The notes under the pieces: model-generated
What the model saw: only the letters and a program-made list of their open reading frames with translations
Told to the model about the DNA's origin: nothing
Database searches by the model: none
Assembly (NCBI GenBank): GCA_052389395.1
Contig: JBQTHY010000034.1
Coordinates: 1 to 49,354 of the forward strand
DNA: 49,354 nt
Reading direction: 5' to 3'
DNA from: Nitrospiraceae bacterium
GTDB taxonomy: Bacteria; Nitrospirota; Nitrospiria; Nitrospirales; Nitrospiraceae
Position numbers and translations under genes: made by a program
Shown here: positions 22,080 through 31,977 of the stretch, piece by piece
Layout: every line of letters begins with the position of its first letter
Numbering within the stretch: position 1 is the first letter of the stretch

Positions 22080-22194
22080 GGGCTCATCCTCCCTCTAGAA
22101 AATGTTCCTAGGGCGCGGTAATCTACTCAATCATATGCAGGGTGGTCAATCGATCATGATCAAATTGTCTGGATGCGCTTTTGCAGGAGGATTG

Positions 22195-23067
22195 ATGACG
22201 AGAACTCGACGACGCGTGATGGGGTCCGTTGTCGTGCTCAGCCTCGTGGTGGGAGTTCTTGGCCTAGCCGGATGTGAAACCAATCCCTATACGGGGCGCC
22301 AGCAGTTGTTGATGTCATCGGTCGGTCAAGAAATGCAGATGGGCGCACAGGCGTATGCTCAGATCAAAAGCGATCCGAAAATGAAACAGTCTCAAGATCC
22401 CCGAGAGATCGAGCCGGTGAAACGGGTTGCGGCGCGGATCATCGAAGCGGCCAAACGATCAAAGTACGCGGAGATGGCAAAGCAGTTTCAGTGGGAGGTG
22501 TCGGTGATCAAGGATGACAAGACAGCCAATGCCTTTGCGCTTCCGGGCGGAAAGATGGCTGTCTACACCGGCATTTTCCCTGTTGCAAAAACAGAGGCCG
22601 GTTTGGCAGCCGTGATGGGCCATGAGGTGGTGCACGCATTGGCTCGTCATGGAGCGGAGCGGATGAGCCAGGGGCAACTCACCAATGTGGCGGTGCAGGC
22701 GGCAGGCGCCGCAGTCGGAGCCAGTGGCGGGGGCCCGCTCTTGGGACAGGCCACCATGGCTGCTTTAGGGGTCGGCGCCCAAGTCGGCGTGTTGCTTCCC
22801 TTTAGTCGGAAGCATGAATCGGAGGCCGACTACGTGGGGATTCTCTTAGCGGCGGACGCTGGTTATGACCCACGTGAGTCTGTCGCGCTCTGGGAGCGGA
22901 TGGCGCAGTTATCCCGTGGTGGAGGGCCGGCCGAGTTTATGTCGACCCATCCAAGCCATGGAGCCAGAATCGAGCAATTGAAGGCCTGGATGCCGGAAGC
23001 CATGGCAATCTACCAGACCAAAGCCGCAGTTCCTCCTGCCGCTTTACCGGCAGTGGGGGAGCGGTAG
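22195..23067 (+). CDS. M48-family zinc metallopeptidase lipoprotein
   Basis: LAGC lipobox, NAFALPGG, AVMGHEVVH (HExxH), ESEAD, FMSTHP; AGGAGG SD. Confidence 0.93.
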   Translation: MTRTRRRVMGSVVVLSLVVGVLGLAGCETNPYTGRQQLLMSSVGQEMQMGAQAYAQIKSDPKMKQSQDPREIEPVKRVAARIIEAAKRSKYAEMAKQFQWEVSVIKDDKTANAFALPGGKMAVYTGIFPVAKTEAGLAAVMGHEVVHALARHGAERMSQGQLTNVAVQAAGAAVGASGGGPLLGQATMAALGVGAQVGVLLPFSRKHESEADYVGILLAADAGYDPRESVALWERMAQLSRGGGPAEFMSTHPSHGARIEQLKAWMPEAMAIYQTKAAVPPAALPAVGER

Positions 23068-23268
23068 ACCGTCGTCGACCCACCCATCATGTGAGAGCCG
23101 GAATGCATCCCCTGGTTGCTCAGAAGTTAGCAGAAATCCTTGTAAATTAAACTGTTCTTCCCTCTCTCCACCCCCCCATCCGAATAGGGTGTCCTTCCCT
23201 TTGCAGGATTGGTTCTTTCGCGATCCTATGCGACAGTTGCACTGCGAATTCCGAAAAAGGAGGCATCC

Positions 23269-23634
23269 ATGGAGAGTCGATATAGCGCACGGGTTCCCGT
23301 TGAATGTTCCGTAGTGTTTGCGGGTGAGGCCTTAATCGGTGAAGGGCGTGTCGTCGACGTCTCCTTGCCTGGCTGCCTGATGGAAAGTCCTGAAGCCGTA
23401 AAACCTGGCGACTATGTCCAGCTGAAGCTATTCCTCCCAGATCAAGGGCCCGCGATCAGGGTGCCGCTTGCGGTCGTTCGTTGGGCTCAAGGCAGTCGGG
23501 TCGGTGTCGAGTTTATTCGCTCCTCAGAGGATGACCAGATACGTCTCACACGCTTTGTCCGACGGCATCGGCGACGAGCCTCAGTCCTCAAGTGGGAGGG
23601 CGGGATTGAAATTCTGTCAGCTGCTGGGGATTAA
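23269..23634 (+). CDS. Single-domain PilZ protein
   Basis: RYSAR (RxxxR) and DVSLPG (DxSxxG) c-di-GMP motifs, AVVRW, GVEF; AAGGAGG SD. Confidence 0.88.
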   Translation: MESRYSARVPVECSVVFAGEALIGEGRVVDVSLPGCLMESPEAVKPGDYVQLKLFLPDQGPAIRVPLAVVRWAQGSRVGVEFIRSSEDDQIRLTRFVRRHRRRASVLKWEGGIEILSAAGD

Positions 23635-23663
23635 GGAGTAGGCAATCCTACTCGTCGATGTTC

Positions 23664-23693
23664 TTGCCACAACCTACCATCATTCTTTATACT
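23664..23693 (+). promoter_or_regulatory. Promoter of rnpB
   Basis: TTGCCA, 18 nt, TATACT ending 7 nt before the RNA 5' end. Confidence 0.65.
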
Positions 23694-23699
23694 GAGCGT

Positions 23700-24136
23700 G
23701 CGTGGGTGTGAAGACCGGGTGATCGCTCGATGCTTCTGGTATCGGGAGGAAAGTCCGGACTCCATGGGCAGGGCGCTGGGTAACTCCCAGGCGGAGCAAT
23801 CCGACACCAGCACCACAGAAATCAAACCGCCGATGGCTAAGGCGACGGGATCCCATTTGGTCGCTGCAGCTCAGGTAAGGGTGAAACGGTGGGGTAAGAG
23901 CCCACCGCGGTGATGGCGACATCGCTGGCACGGTAAGCGTCGCCCGGTGCAAGACCAAATAGGAAGACGCCTGCAGGGCTCCTCGCGAGTCTTGCAAATC
24001 GACTGGCCCGGTTGAGGTCTTCGGGTAGGTCGCTTGAGGTTCGAGGTAACTCGAACCCCAGAGAAATGATCATCCATGCGAAGAAGGTCACTTCTTCGCG
24101 GGACAGAATCCGGCTTACAGGTCTTCCCGCCCACGC
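23700..24136 (+). ncRNA. rnpB: RNase P RNA (bacterial type A)
   Basis: GAGGAAAGTCCGGACTCC, ACAGAAA..AAACCGCC, GGGTGAAACGGTGGGGTAAGAGCCCACCG, AGAGAAATGATC, ACAGAATCCGGCTTA; P1 GCGTGGGTGTGAAGACC/GGTCTTCCCGCCCACGC. Confidence 0.97.
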
Positions 24137-24259
24137 CTTTCCCCCTTTGAACTGACAACGCTTCTCCGATGGTATTCATCTCCCGGTATCTGTGACAGAG
24201 AAGAGATCCAGGGTGTGATCCTCTCCACTTCGTTCTCAAACTGGTCTTCAGAGATCCTA

Positions 24260-24288
24260 TTGACGCTTCCAAACCAGGATGGTAGGAT
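24260..24288 (+). promoter_or_regulatory. Promoter of ilvBNC
   Basis: TTGACG, 17 nt, TG-extended TAGGAT. Confidence 0.6.
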
Positions 24289-24432
24289 CTCGCATCTTTC
24301 CCATTGATTTTTCAGAACTTTCTGAAAGATCATAAGGTTGTGCTGTTTCTGTAAGGCGCGCTAGTTCTGGTATCAAAGGGCTAGTTGAATTCTAGTATCG
24401 TGCCCTATCTATGGTTAGAGGGAGGGTTTGTC

Positions 24433-26208
24433 ATGAAACTTAGCGGTGCCGAGATCTTCATCGAATGCCTCAAGCGGGAAGGAGTGAAGACCGTCTTCGC
24501 GCTTCCTGGCGGGGTTGTCTTGAAGATTTTCGATACGCTCCACCAGCAGAAAGACATCGAGATTATTTTGACACGCCATGAACAGGGGGCGGGCCATATG
24601 GCCGAAGGCTATGCCAAGGCCACCGGCAAGGCGGGCGTGTGCCTCGTGACGTCCGGTCCCGGGATGACCAACGTGATTACGGCCTTGGTCGATGCGTACA
24701 TGGACTCCGTGCCGCTGGTCTGTTTCAGTGGGCAAGTGCCGACAAGTTTGATTGGAAATGATGCGTTTCAGGAAGCGGACAATGTAGGGTTGAGCCGGCC
24801 CTGCACGAAGTACAACTTCCTCGTCAAGGACGTGAACGATTTGGCCATGACGATCAAAGAGGCCTTTTACATTGCGATGACCGGCCGTCCCGGACCGGTG
24901 CTGGTCGATATCCCGAAAGACGTGTCAATGGCAAAAGCGGAGTTCAGCTATCCGAATTCCGTGTCGATCCGCGGGTATAACCCAACGTACGAAGGCAATA
25001 AGTGGCAGATCAAGCAGGCTGCTGAGGCGATTACCAAGGCCAAGAAGCCGATTCTCTATGTGGGCGGCGGTGTGGTGTTCTCCGGCGCCTCGCAGGAATT
25101 GCTCGAATTGGCTGAGATGACGCAGATTCCGGTCGACATGACTCTGATGGGCCTTGGCGCGTTTCCCGGTGAGCATCCCCTCTCCATGGGAATGATGGGG
25201 ATGCACGGTACCTATCAGGCAAATATGGCGGTGCATTACTCCGATCTCGTGATTGCGGTCGGGGCGCGGTTCGACGATCGGGTGACCGGCAAAGTGTCGG
25301 AGTTCTGTCCCTACGCCAAAATCATTCACATCGACATCGATCCGACCTCGATCCGAAAGAACATCAACGTCGACATTCCGATCGTCGGCGATTGCAAGAC
25401 CGTGCTCCGCGAGTTGAATCAAATCCTGCGCGCGACGGTGAACGGCGAGCAGAAAGAACTCAGGAGGCCCTGGTGGGACCAGATTCACGAATGGCAGCAG
25501 GCGCACCCCCTGACGTATCACCAGGAACAGGACGGGCCGATCAAGCCGCAGCAGGTTGTGAAACGGCTCTACGAACTCACGAAGGGTCGAGACCCGATCG
25601 TCTCGACAGACGTCGGACAACACCAAATGTGGGCCGCACAGTATTTCAAGCTGGCGAAGCCGAACCGGTGGTTGACCTCAGGCGGTCTTGGCACGATGGG
25701 CTTTGGGTTCCCCGCGGCCATGGGCGCGCAAGCCGCCTTCCGCGATCGCCTCGTCCTCTGCATCGCCGGAGACGGCAGCATTCAGATGAATATGCAGGAG
25801 ATGGCGACGGCTGTGGTGAGCAAGCTTCCGGTCAAGGTCTTCATTCTGAATAACCAATTTCACGGCATGGTGCGTCAGTGGCAGGATCTCTTCTACGACG
25901 GACGGTATGCGTCCAGCTATCTGGGTACGACGCCGGATTTCGTAAAGCTGGCAGAGGCCTATGGCGCGGTCGGATTGCGACCCAATAAGGTGGGTGATCT
26001 CGACGGCGTGCTGAAAGAGGCCGTGGCCACTGATAAACCCGTCATCGTGGATGTCCCGACCTATCCGTACGAGAACTGCTATCCGATGATTCCGGCCGGA
26101 GGCTGCAATCACGAAATGATCCTTGAAGATCCGCCGGAGTTGAAGAAGAAACTGCCTGGTGCGCACAAGGTGACGCCGGAAGATAAAGAGACGGTATTAA
26201 CGGCCTAG
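24433..26208 (+). CDS. ilvB: Acetolactate synthase large subunit
   Basis: TRHEQGA, TSGPG, GRPGPVLVDIPKD, TDVGQHQMW, SGGLGTMGFG, GDGS..NN TPP motif, GMVRQWQ. Confidence 0.98.
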   Translation: MKLSGAEIFIECLKREGVKTVFALPGGVVLKIFDTLHQQKDIEIILTRHEQGAGHMAEGYAKATGKAGVCLVTSGPGMTNVITALVDAYMDSVPLVCFSGQVPTSLIGNDAFQEADNVGLSRPCTKYNFLVKDVNDLAMTIKEAFYIAMTGRPGPVLVDIPKDVSMAKAEFSYPNSVSIRGYNPTYEGNKWQIKQAAEAITKAKKPILYVGGGVVFSGASQELLELAEMTQIPVDMTLMGLGAFPGEHPLSMGMMGMHGTYQANMAVHYSDLVIAVGARFDDRVTGKVSEFCPYAKIIHIDIDPTSIRKNINVDIPIVGDCKTVLRELNQILRATVNGEQKELRRPWWDQIHEWQQAHPLTYHQEQDGPIKPQQVVKRLYELTKGRDPIVSTDVGQHQMWAAQYFKLAKPNRWLTSGGLGTMGFGFPAAMGAQAAFRDRLVLCIAGDGSIQMNMQEMATAVVSKLPVKVFILNNQFHGMVRQWQDLFYDGRYASSYLGTTPDFVKLAEAYGAVGLRPNKVGDLDGVLKEAVATDKPVIVDVPTYPYENCYPMIPAGGCNHEMILEDPPELKKKLPGAHKVTPEDKETVLTA

Positions 26209-26238
26209 CTGATAGCTGTCAGCTGTCGGCTATCAGCT
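26207..26238. repeat. Heptamer-based palindromic repeat (GCTGATA/TATCAGC type)
   Basis: AGCTGATAGCTG-TCAGCTGT-CGGCTATCAGCT hairpin built of 7-nt units; a related unit lies at 27848-27918. Confidence 0.55.
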
Positions 26239-26248
26239 TTGGTTTAAG

Positions 26249-26767
26249 ATGGAACACATCATCTCAGTGACAGTCGAGAATAAGTTCGGCGTGCTTTCCC
26301 GGGTCGCTGGGCTGTTCAGCGGCCGCGGGTTTAACATTGAGAGTCTTTCGGTCGCACCCACGCTCGATCCCTCCATGTCTCAGATGACCATCGTGACTTC
26401 AGGCGATGAACGGATTATCGAACAGATCGTTAAGCAGCTCAATAAGCTGATCGATGTGATCAAAGTGGTGGATCTGAACGAGACGGAGTTTGTCTCACGG
26501 GAAACGGCGATCATCAAGGTTCATACGAAGGATGAGGATCGGGCGGAGGCGCTCAGGATCGTGGATATTTTTCGGGCGAACGTGATCGACTCCACGCCGA
26601 GCACCTACACGATCGAAGTCTCGGGAGATCCCAAGAAGATTGAAGCAATCATCAACTTGTTGCAGCCACTCGGGATCAAGGAATTAGTCCGCACCGGTCG
26701 CGTTGCCGTCGCTCGGGAACCGGTTCGTCCGGCTCTCGTGCAAGCCAAGAAGGTTGCCCGCGAGTAA
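26249..26767 (+). CDS. ilvN: Acetolactate synthase small subunit
   Basis: VENKFGVLSRVAGLFSGRGFNIESL ACT domain, KQLNKLIDVIKV, ELVRTG. Confidence 0.97.
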   Translation: MEHIISVTVENKFGVLSRVAGLFSGRGFNIESLSVAPTLDPSMSQMTIVTSGDERIIEQIVKQLNKLIDVIKVVDLNETEFVSRETAIIKVHTKDEDRAEALRIVDIFRANVIDSTPSTYTIEVSGDPKKIEAIINLLQPLGIKELVRTGRVAVAREPVRPALVQAKKVARE

Positions 26768-26816
26768 CCTCCCACCTGGCGCGCGTCCGGTATTCTCGCA
26801 TGATACTCGTTACTGA

Positions 26817-27842
<1,026 letters not shown>

Positions 27843-27847
27843 GGAGT

Positions 27848-27918
27848 AGCTGTCAGCTATCAGCCGTCGGTCCATAAAGAGTCGGCAGACTTTCGGTGGT
27901 TGCTGAGAGCTGAGGGCT
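27848..27918. repeat. Heptamer tandem repeats in inverted arrangement
   Basis: AGCTGTCAGCTATCAGC can pair with GCTGAGAGCTGAGGGCT. Confidence 0.5.
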
Positions 27919-27923
27919 AAGAG

Positions 27924-28574
27924 ATGGCAGATCGCGCCATCGGCGTTCCGTTTGCCAAAGAAGGAATTCCCTTCATTGCGGCTCCAGCCAGCGTTACACT
28001 GTTGGCCGGGTGGCTCGACTGGCCTGTCGTGGCGGTCGGGGCTGCGCTCCTGACGCTTTTTGTGGCGTGGTTCTTCCGTAATCCGGCCAGAGTCGTGCCG
28101 CAGGGCCCGCACCTCATGGTGGCTCCCGGTGATGGGAAAGTCATTGCAATCGAAGAAGAGTTTGAGCCCCGGTTCCTCAAGGATCGCAGTATCAGGCTCA
28201 CGATTTTCTTGAACGTGTTCGATGTGCATATCAACCGGGTTCCGTGCGAAGGCGTCGTACGGGATGTGCAGTATCAGCCGGGATTATTCCAGGCCGCCAA
28301 CAAACCAGACGCCACGCTGAAGAATGAGCAAAATGCTTTGATGCTCGAGACTTCCAAGGGCGTGAAGGTATTGTGTGTGCAGGTAGCGGGACTCATAGCG
28401 CGCCGGATAGTTTGTTGGGTCTCTCCCGGTGATTGCGTCCAGCGGGGCGAGCGGTATGGATTGATCCGCTTTGGCTCGCGGATGGATACATTTTTGCCCA
28501 TTGGGACGACCGTGAAAGTGGCAGTCGGCGATCGGGTGAAGGGTGGGGAAACCATTCTGGGCGAATTGCGATGA
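27924..28574 (+). CDS. psd: Phosphatidylserine decarboxylase proenzyme
   Basis: FFRNP, APGDG, IFLNVFDVHINR, KNE, QVAGLIARRI, RFGSR self-cleavage motif. Confidence 0.95.
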   Translation: MADRAIGVPFAKEGIPFIAAPASVTLLAGWLDWPVVAVGAALLTLFVAWFFRNPARVVPQGPHLMVAPGDGKVIAIEEEFEPRFLKDRSIRLTIFLNVFDVHINRVPCEGVVRDVQYQPGLFQAANKPDATLKNEQNALMLETSKGVKVLCVQVAGLIARRIVCWVSPGDCVQRGERYGLIRFGSRMDTFLPIGTTVKVAVGDRVKGGETILGELR

Positions 28575-29377
28575 AGACCACCGGTTTCAAAAACTCTTTT
28601 GGGAAGGACGGAAAACGGCGCAAAGCGGCCATGCATCTTATTCCAAACCTCTTCACGACCGGCAATTTGTTCTGTGGGATTTTTGCGATTCTCTCGGTCT
28701 TCAACGCCAACTATACGGCGGCGGCCATTGCGATTCTCGTCGCGATGATTTTTGACGTCCTTGATGGCAAATCAGCCAGGCTCACGAATAGCACGAGTCA
28801 TTTCGGCCTGGAGTATGACTCACTGTCCGACGTCGTCTCGTTCGGTGTCGCGCCAGGGCTCCTGATCTATTCCTGGGCGTTGAGCGGGCAGGGGACGTTC
28901 GGAGTGGCTGTCATGTTCGCCTATGTGGCCATGGGCGCAGTGCGACTGGCTCGTTTCAACTCGACCGTGGCCTTGTCTGACGGCAAGTACTTTACCGGTC
29001 TTGCTATTCCTGCTGCGGCTGGAGTCATTGCCTCTCTAGTCGTATTCGATCATCACATCGTTCGGATGGGGGCGGAGGTGAAGCCGATTTTCGTGTTGAT
29101 CATCACGCTCACGCTGTCTTTCCTGATGGTCAGTACGATTAAATATCGCAGCTTTAAAGAACTGAAGTTCAAGGGCCGCCAGCAGATCACCTATCTCGTG
29201 TGGGGAATCCTCGCATTGATGATGGTAGCAGCCTGGCCTCAGGTTATGTTATTTATTATCTTTGCTGGCTATGCGTTGATGGGTCCAGTCGAGCGAATGG
29301 TCTTGCTGGTCGCACGAGCGGTCGGGAAAAAGGCCGCCGGGAAAACGGAGGTGCCGCCGTTCGAATCGAAGTTGTAG
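28571..29377 (+). CDS. pssA: CDP-diacylglycerol--serine O-phosphatidyltransferase
   Basis: IPNLFTTGNLFCG, DVLDGKSAR..FGLEYDSLSDVVSFGVAP, RLARFN, FTGLAIP; ATGA overlap with psd. Confidence 0.95.
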   Translation: MKTTGFKNSFGKDGKRRKAAMHLIPNLFTTGNLFCGIFAILSVFNANYTAAAIAILVAMIFDVLDGKSARLTNSTSHFGLEYDSLSDVVSFGVAPGLLIYSWALSGQGTFGVAVMFAYVAMGAVRLARFNSTVALSDGKYFTGLAIPAAAGVIASLVVFDHHIVRMGAEVKPIFVLIITLTLSFLMVSTIKYRSFKELKFKGRQQITYLVWGILALMMVAAWPQVMLFIIFAGYALMGPVERMVLLVARAVGKKAAGKTEVPPFESKL

Positions 29378-29464
29378 TTGGAGAGCGGACCTGGGATAGC
29401 AAGAGAAGACCGCGCAATCTGCGAGTGGCTGTGACGAGGAATAGTACGCGAGTAAGCAGAGATT

Positions 29465-29514
29465 ACAGAATGTTCAAAACGGCTGTCCAGCGCGGCCGGT
29501 TTTCAACATCCTGT
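29465..29514. repeat. 50-bp palindromic repeat (internally deleted MITE/REP-like copy) inside T-box Stem I
   Basis: ACAGAATGTTCAAAACGGC...GCCGGTTTTCAACATCCTGT inverted termini, similar to the termini of the 29732-29918 element. Confidence 0.7.
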
Positions 29515-29689
29515 TAGAGAGCTGGTGGATGGTGCAAACCAGCCTGTGCGTCGCGGAACTCGCCTCTGAGCCGAATCCCTGAACGAAAAGTAGGGGGTTC
29601 CGTATCGCCCCCGTGAGTGGGCATAATGAAGGGTCTGAACGACGGACACGTTGTTCGGGCTGAATCAGGGTGGTACCACGGAGCTGTTG

Positions 29690-29732
29690 AAGCCTCCGTC
29701 CCTGGGTCGTTGGGATGGAGGCTTTTTGTTTT
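29690..29732 (+). terminator. T-box leader terminator
   Basis: AAGCCTCCGTCCC/GGGATGGAGGCTT stem plus TTTGTTTT; mutually exclusive with the antiterminator. Confidence 0.88.
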
Positions 29733-29918
29733 GAGATTGCTGAAAATGCCTTCCAGCGGCGTTCTCGGTCGCGTGCTTCCCTGCGACGCCTGAGGGGACT
29801 GGCTCCGGCATTACCGGTGCCTGTCCCGCTATTTCAAGAGGGACAGTCGCCGGTCGGAATGGCGACAGTCCCTTCCGCTTCCTGTGGCCTTGCTGGAAGG
29901 ACATTTTGAGCAATCTCA
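29732..29918. mobile_element. 187-bp MITE/REP-like palindromic element
   Basis: ~26-bp TIRs TGAGATTGCTGAAAATGCCTTCCAGC / GCTGGAAGGACATTTTGAGCAATCTCA; internal hairpins (GGGACAGTCGCC/GGCGACAGTCCC; GGGACTGGCTCCGG/CCGGTGCCTGTCCC). Confidence 0.75.
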
Positions 29919-29939
29919 TAAGAGAAGAGAGGTGACATC

Positions 29940-31487
29940 ATGACCAGAATGATACGAATTTTCGATACGACCTTACGGGACGGTGAGCAATCACCCGGAG
30001 CCAGCATGAATGTGGAAGAGAAGGTCATGGTCGCCAAGCAGTTGGCCCGGCTCGGGGTCGATATTATCGAAGCCGGGTTTGCCTACAGTTCCCCTGGGGA
30101 TTTCGAAGCGGTGCGACGGATTGCCCAGGAGGTTGAAGGGCCGACCATTTGTAGTCTGGCGCGGGCGCGTTCCGAAGATATCGATCGGGCCTGGGAGGCC
30201 TTGAAAGGGGCGCCGAAGGTCCGCATCCATACGTTCCTCTCAACCTCCGACATCCACCTGAAGCACCAGTTTCGGATGACGCGCGAAGAGGCCAAGAAGC
30301 GTGCGGTTGAAATGGTCCAGCGGGCACGGAGCTATGTCAATGACGTAGAGTTTTCACCGATGGATGCGAGCCGTTCCGATCCGGCCTATCTCTACGAGGT
30401 CATTGAAGCGGTCATTGCAGCCGGGGCGGACACCATCAACATTCCCGACACGGTCGGCTACGCCGTGCCGCAAGAGTTCGGCGGGTTGATCAAGGGGATT
30501 TGTGACAAGGTGGCCAATTCCAAGCAGGCGGTGATCTCGGTGCATTGCCACAACGATTTAGGCGTTGCGGTGGCGAACAGCCTGGCGGCTATTATCAATG
30601 GGGCGGGTCAGGTCGAGTGTACGATCAACGGGATCGGCGAACGCGCCGGGAACACGTCGCTGGAAGAGATCGTCATGGGACTCCGGACCAGGAAGGATTT
30701 CTACCAGGCCGATACACAGATCCGGACTGAAGAAATTGCGAAGACGAGCCGTTTGGTCAGCAAGATCACTGGAATGGTGGTGCAACCCAACAAGGCCATC
30801 GTCGGGGCCAATGCGTTCGCGCATACCTCGGGGATTCACCAGGATGGTCTGCTCAAGGACAAGACGACCTATGAAATCATACGGCCGGAATCGATCGGCC
30901 TAGTCGAGAGCAAAATGGTGATGGGCAAGCTCTCTGGTCGCCATGCGTTTCGGCAACGGCTGAATGAGCTGGGTTACCAGCTCAGCGAAGAGGAGATCAA
31001 CCGCGCGTTCGACCGGTTCAAGAAACTGGCCGATCAAAAGAAGGAGATCTACGAAGAGGATCTCGAGGTTATCGTCTCGGAGGAACTGGCAAAAATGGCG
31101 GAGCGGATCGTGTTGAAGTCGTTTCATGTTGAGAGCGGAACCGATCGGATTCCCACGGCGACGGTGGAGCTGGAGTTTGACGGGAAGACGGTGAAGCAAT
31201 CCGGAACTGGTGACGGGCCTGTCGATGCCATTTATAGGACCATTGCGGCGATAACACAGACGAAGAGCAAGCTTCTCATGTTCGGCGTCAATGCGATTAC
31301 CAGCGGGACCGATGCGCAAGGGGAAGTCTCCGTGCGGGTCGAGGAGAACGGGCGCACGGTTTCCGGACACGGCGCGGACACCGACATCATTACTGCCGCA
31401 GCCAGAGCCTATCTCAATGCCTTGAATCGATTGGCCTATATGGCGACGAAACATGCTGAGGGAACACCAGAGGTTCGCTTGATTTGA
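29940..31487 (+). CDS. leuA: 2-isopropylmalate synthase
   Basis: [43 protein letters not shown]-terminal regulatory GDGPVDA. Confidence 0.98.
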   Translation: MTRMIRIFDTTLRDGEQSPGASMNVEEKVMVAKQLARLGVDIIEAGFAYSSPGDFEAVRRIAQEVEGPTICSLARARSEDIDRAWEALKGAPKVRIHTFLSTSDIHLKHQFRMTREEAKKRAVEMVQRARSYVNDVEFSPMDASRSDPAYLYEVIEAVIAAGADTINIPDTVGYAVPQEFGGLIKGICDKVANSKQAVISVHCHNDLGVAVANSLAAIINGAGQVECTINGIGERAGNTSLEEIVMGLRTRKDFYQADTQIRTEEIAKTSRLVSKITGMVVQPNKAIVGANAFAHTSGIHQDGLLKDKTTYEIIRPESIGLVESKMVMGKLSGRHAFRQRLNELGYQLSEEEINRAFDRFKKLADQKKEIYEEDLEVIVSEELAKMAERIVLKSFHVESGTDRIPTATVELEFDGKTVKQSGTGDGPVDAIYRTIAAITQTKSKLLMFGVNAITSGTDAQGEVSVRVEENGRTVSGHGADTDIITAAARAYLNALNRLAYMATKHAEGTPEVRLI

Positions 31488-31576
31488 TCGTTCCCGCCAC
31501 GCTACAGTGGCGTCCCCCGGCCTTTAAAGTCGGACTAAACGTGTCCGTCTGAAAACACGTTGGCCGGGCGTCGCTG

Positions 31577-31939
31577 ATGCTGAAAAGAACCCTCGTAGAC
31601 TGCCGGGAGCTTGTGGCAGGGGACCATACGGTCCTCCGGGAACTCCTGCATCCAACGAAGCAGGCGGTCAGGCTAGGGTACAGTTTGGCCCACGGTAAGT
31701 TAGCGCCAGGGCGCCGGTCGAAGTGGCATGTGTTGACTTCTTCCGAGGTCTACTACTTCATCGCGGGCCAGGGCCGGTTTACCATCGACGCGGAGACATG
31801 TCGGGTTGAAGCTGGCTCAACCATCTATGTGCCTCCAGGCGGCAAGCAGTCCTTGGAGAATACCGGGACGACCGACGTGGAGTTCCTGTGTCTGGTCGAT
31901 CCGCCATGGCGAGTCGAGGACGAGGTGGTGTTGGAATAA
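31577..31939 (+). CDS. Cupin-domain protein
   Basis: [46 protein letters not shown]. Confidence 0.88.
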   Translation: MLKRTLVDCRELVAGDHTVLRELLHPTKQAVRLGYSLAHGKLAPGRRSKWHVLTSSEVYYFIAGQGRFTIDAETCRVEAGSTIYVPPGGKQSLENTGTTDVEFLCLVDPPWRVEDEVVLE

Positions 31940-31977
31940 CGGATCGTTTGATTCCCCGGGGGGAAGGAGAGGGTGGC

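Larger units (their letters stand above)
29427..29732 (+). promoter_or_regulatory. Leu-specific T-box riboswitch upstream of leuA
   Basis: Stem I: GA motif GCTGTGA/TGAGC, AGTA loop E, AGAGAG bulge, GGTGCAA apical loop, GAA-CTC-G specifier (CUC=Leu, 29559-29561). Stem II with S-turn, Stem III, T-box AGGG-TGGTACC-ACGG (29671-29677) pairing with CCGTCCCT. Confidence 0.9.

Noticed and set aside
24289-24432. Leader-peptide attenuator or T-box for ilvB
   Set aside because: Only an AT-rich hairpin (TGATTTTTCAGAA/TTCTGAAAGATCA); no Ile/Leu/Val-rich uORF, T-box motif or U-tailed terminator.
27924-29377. Phospholipid genes psd-pssA inside the ilv-leu cluster as a novelty
   Set aside because: The ilvC-psd-pssA-leuA order is already known from other Gram-negative lineages.
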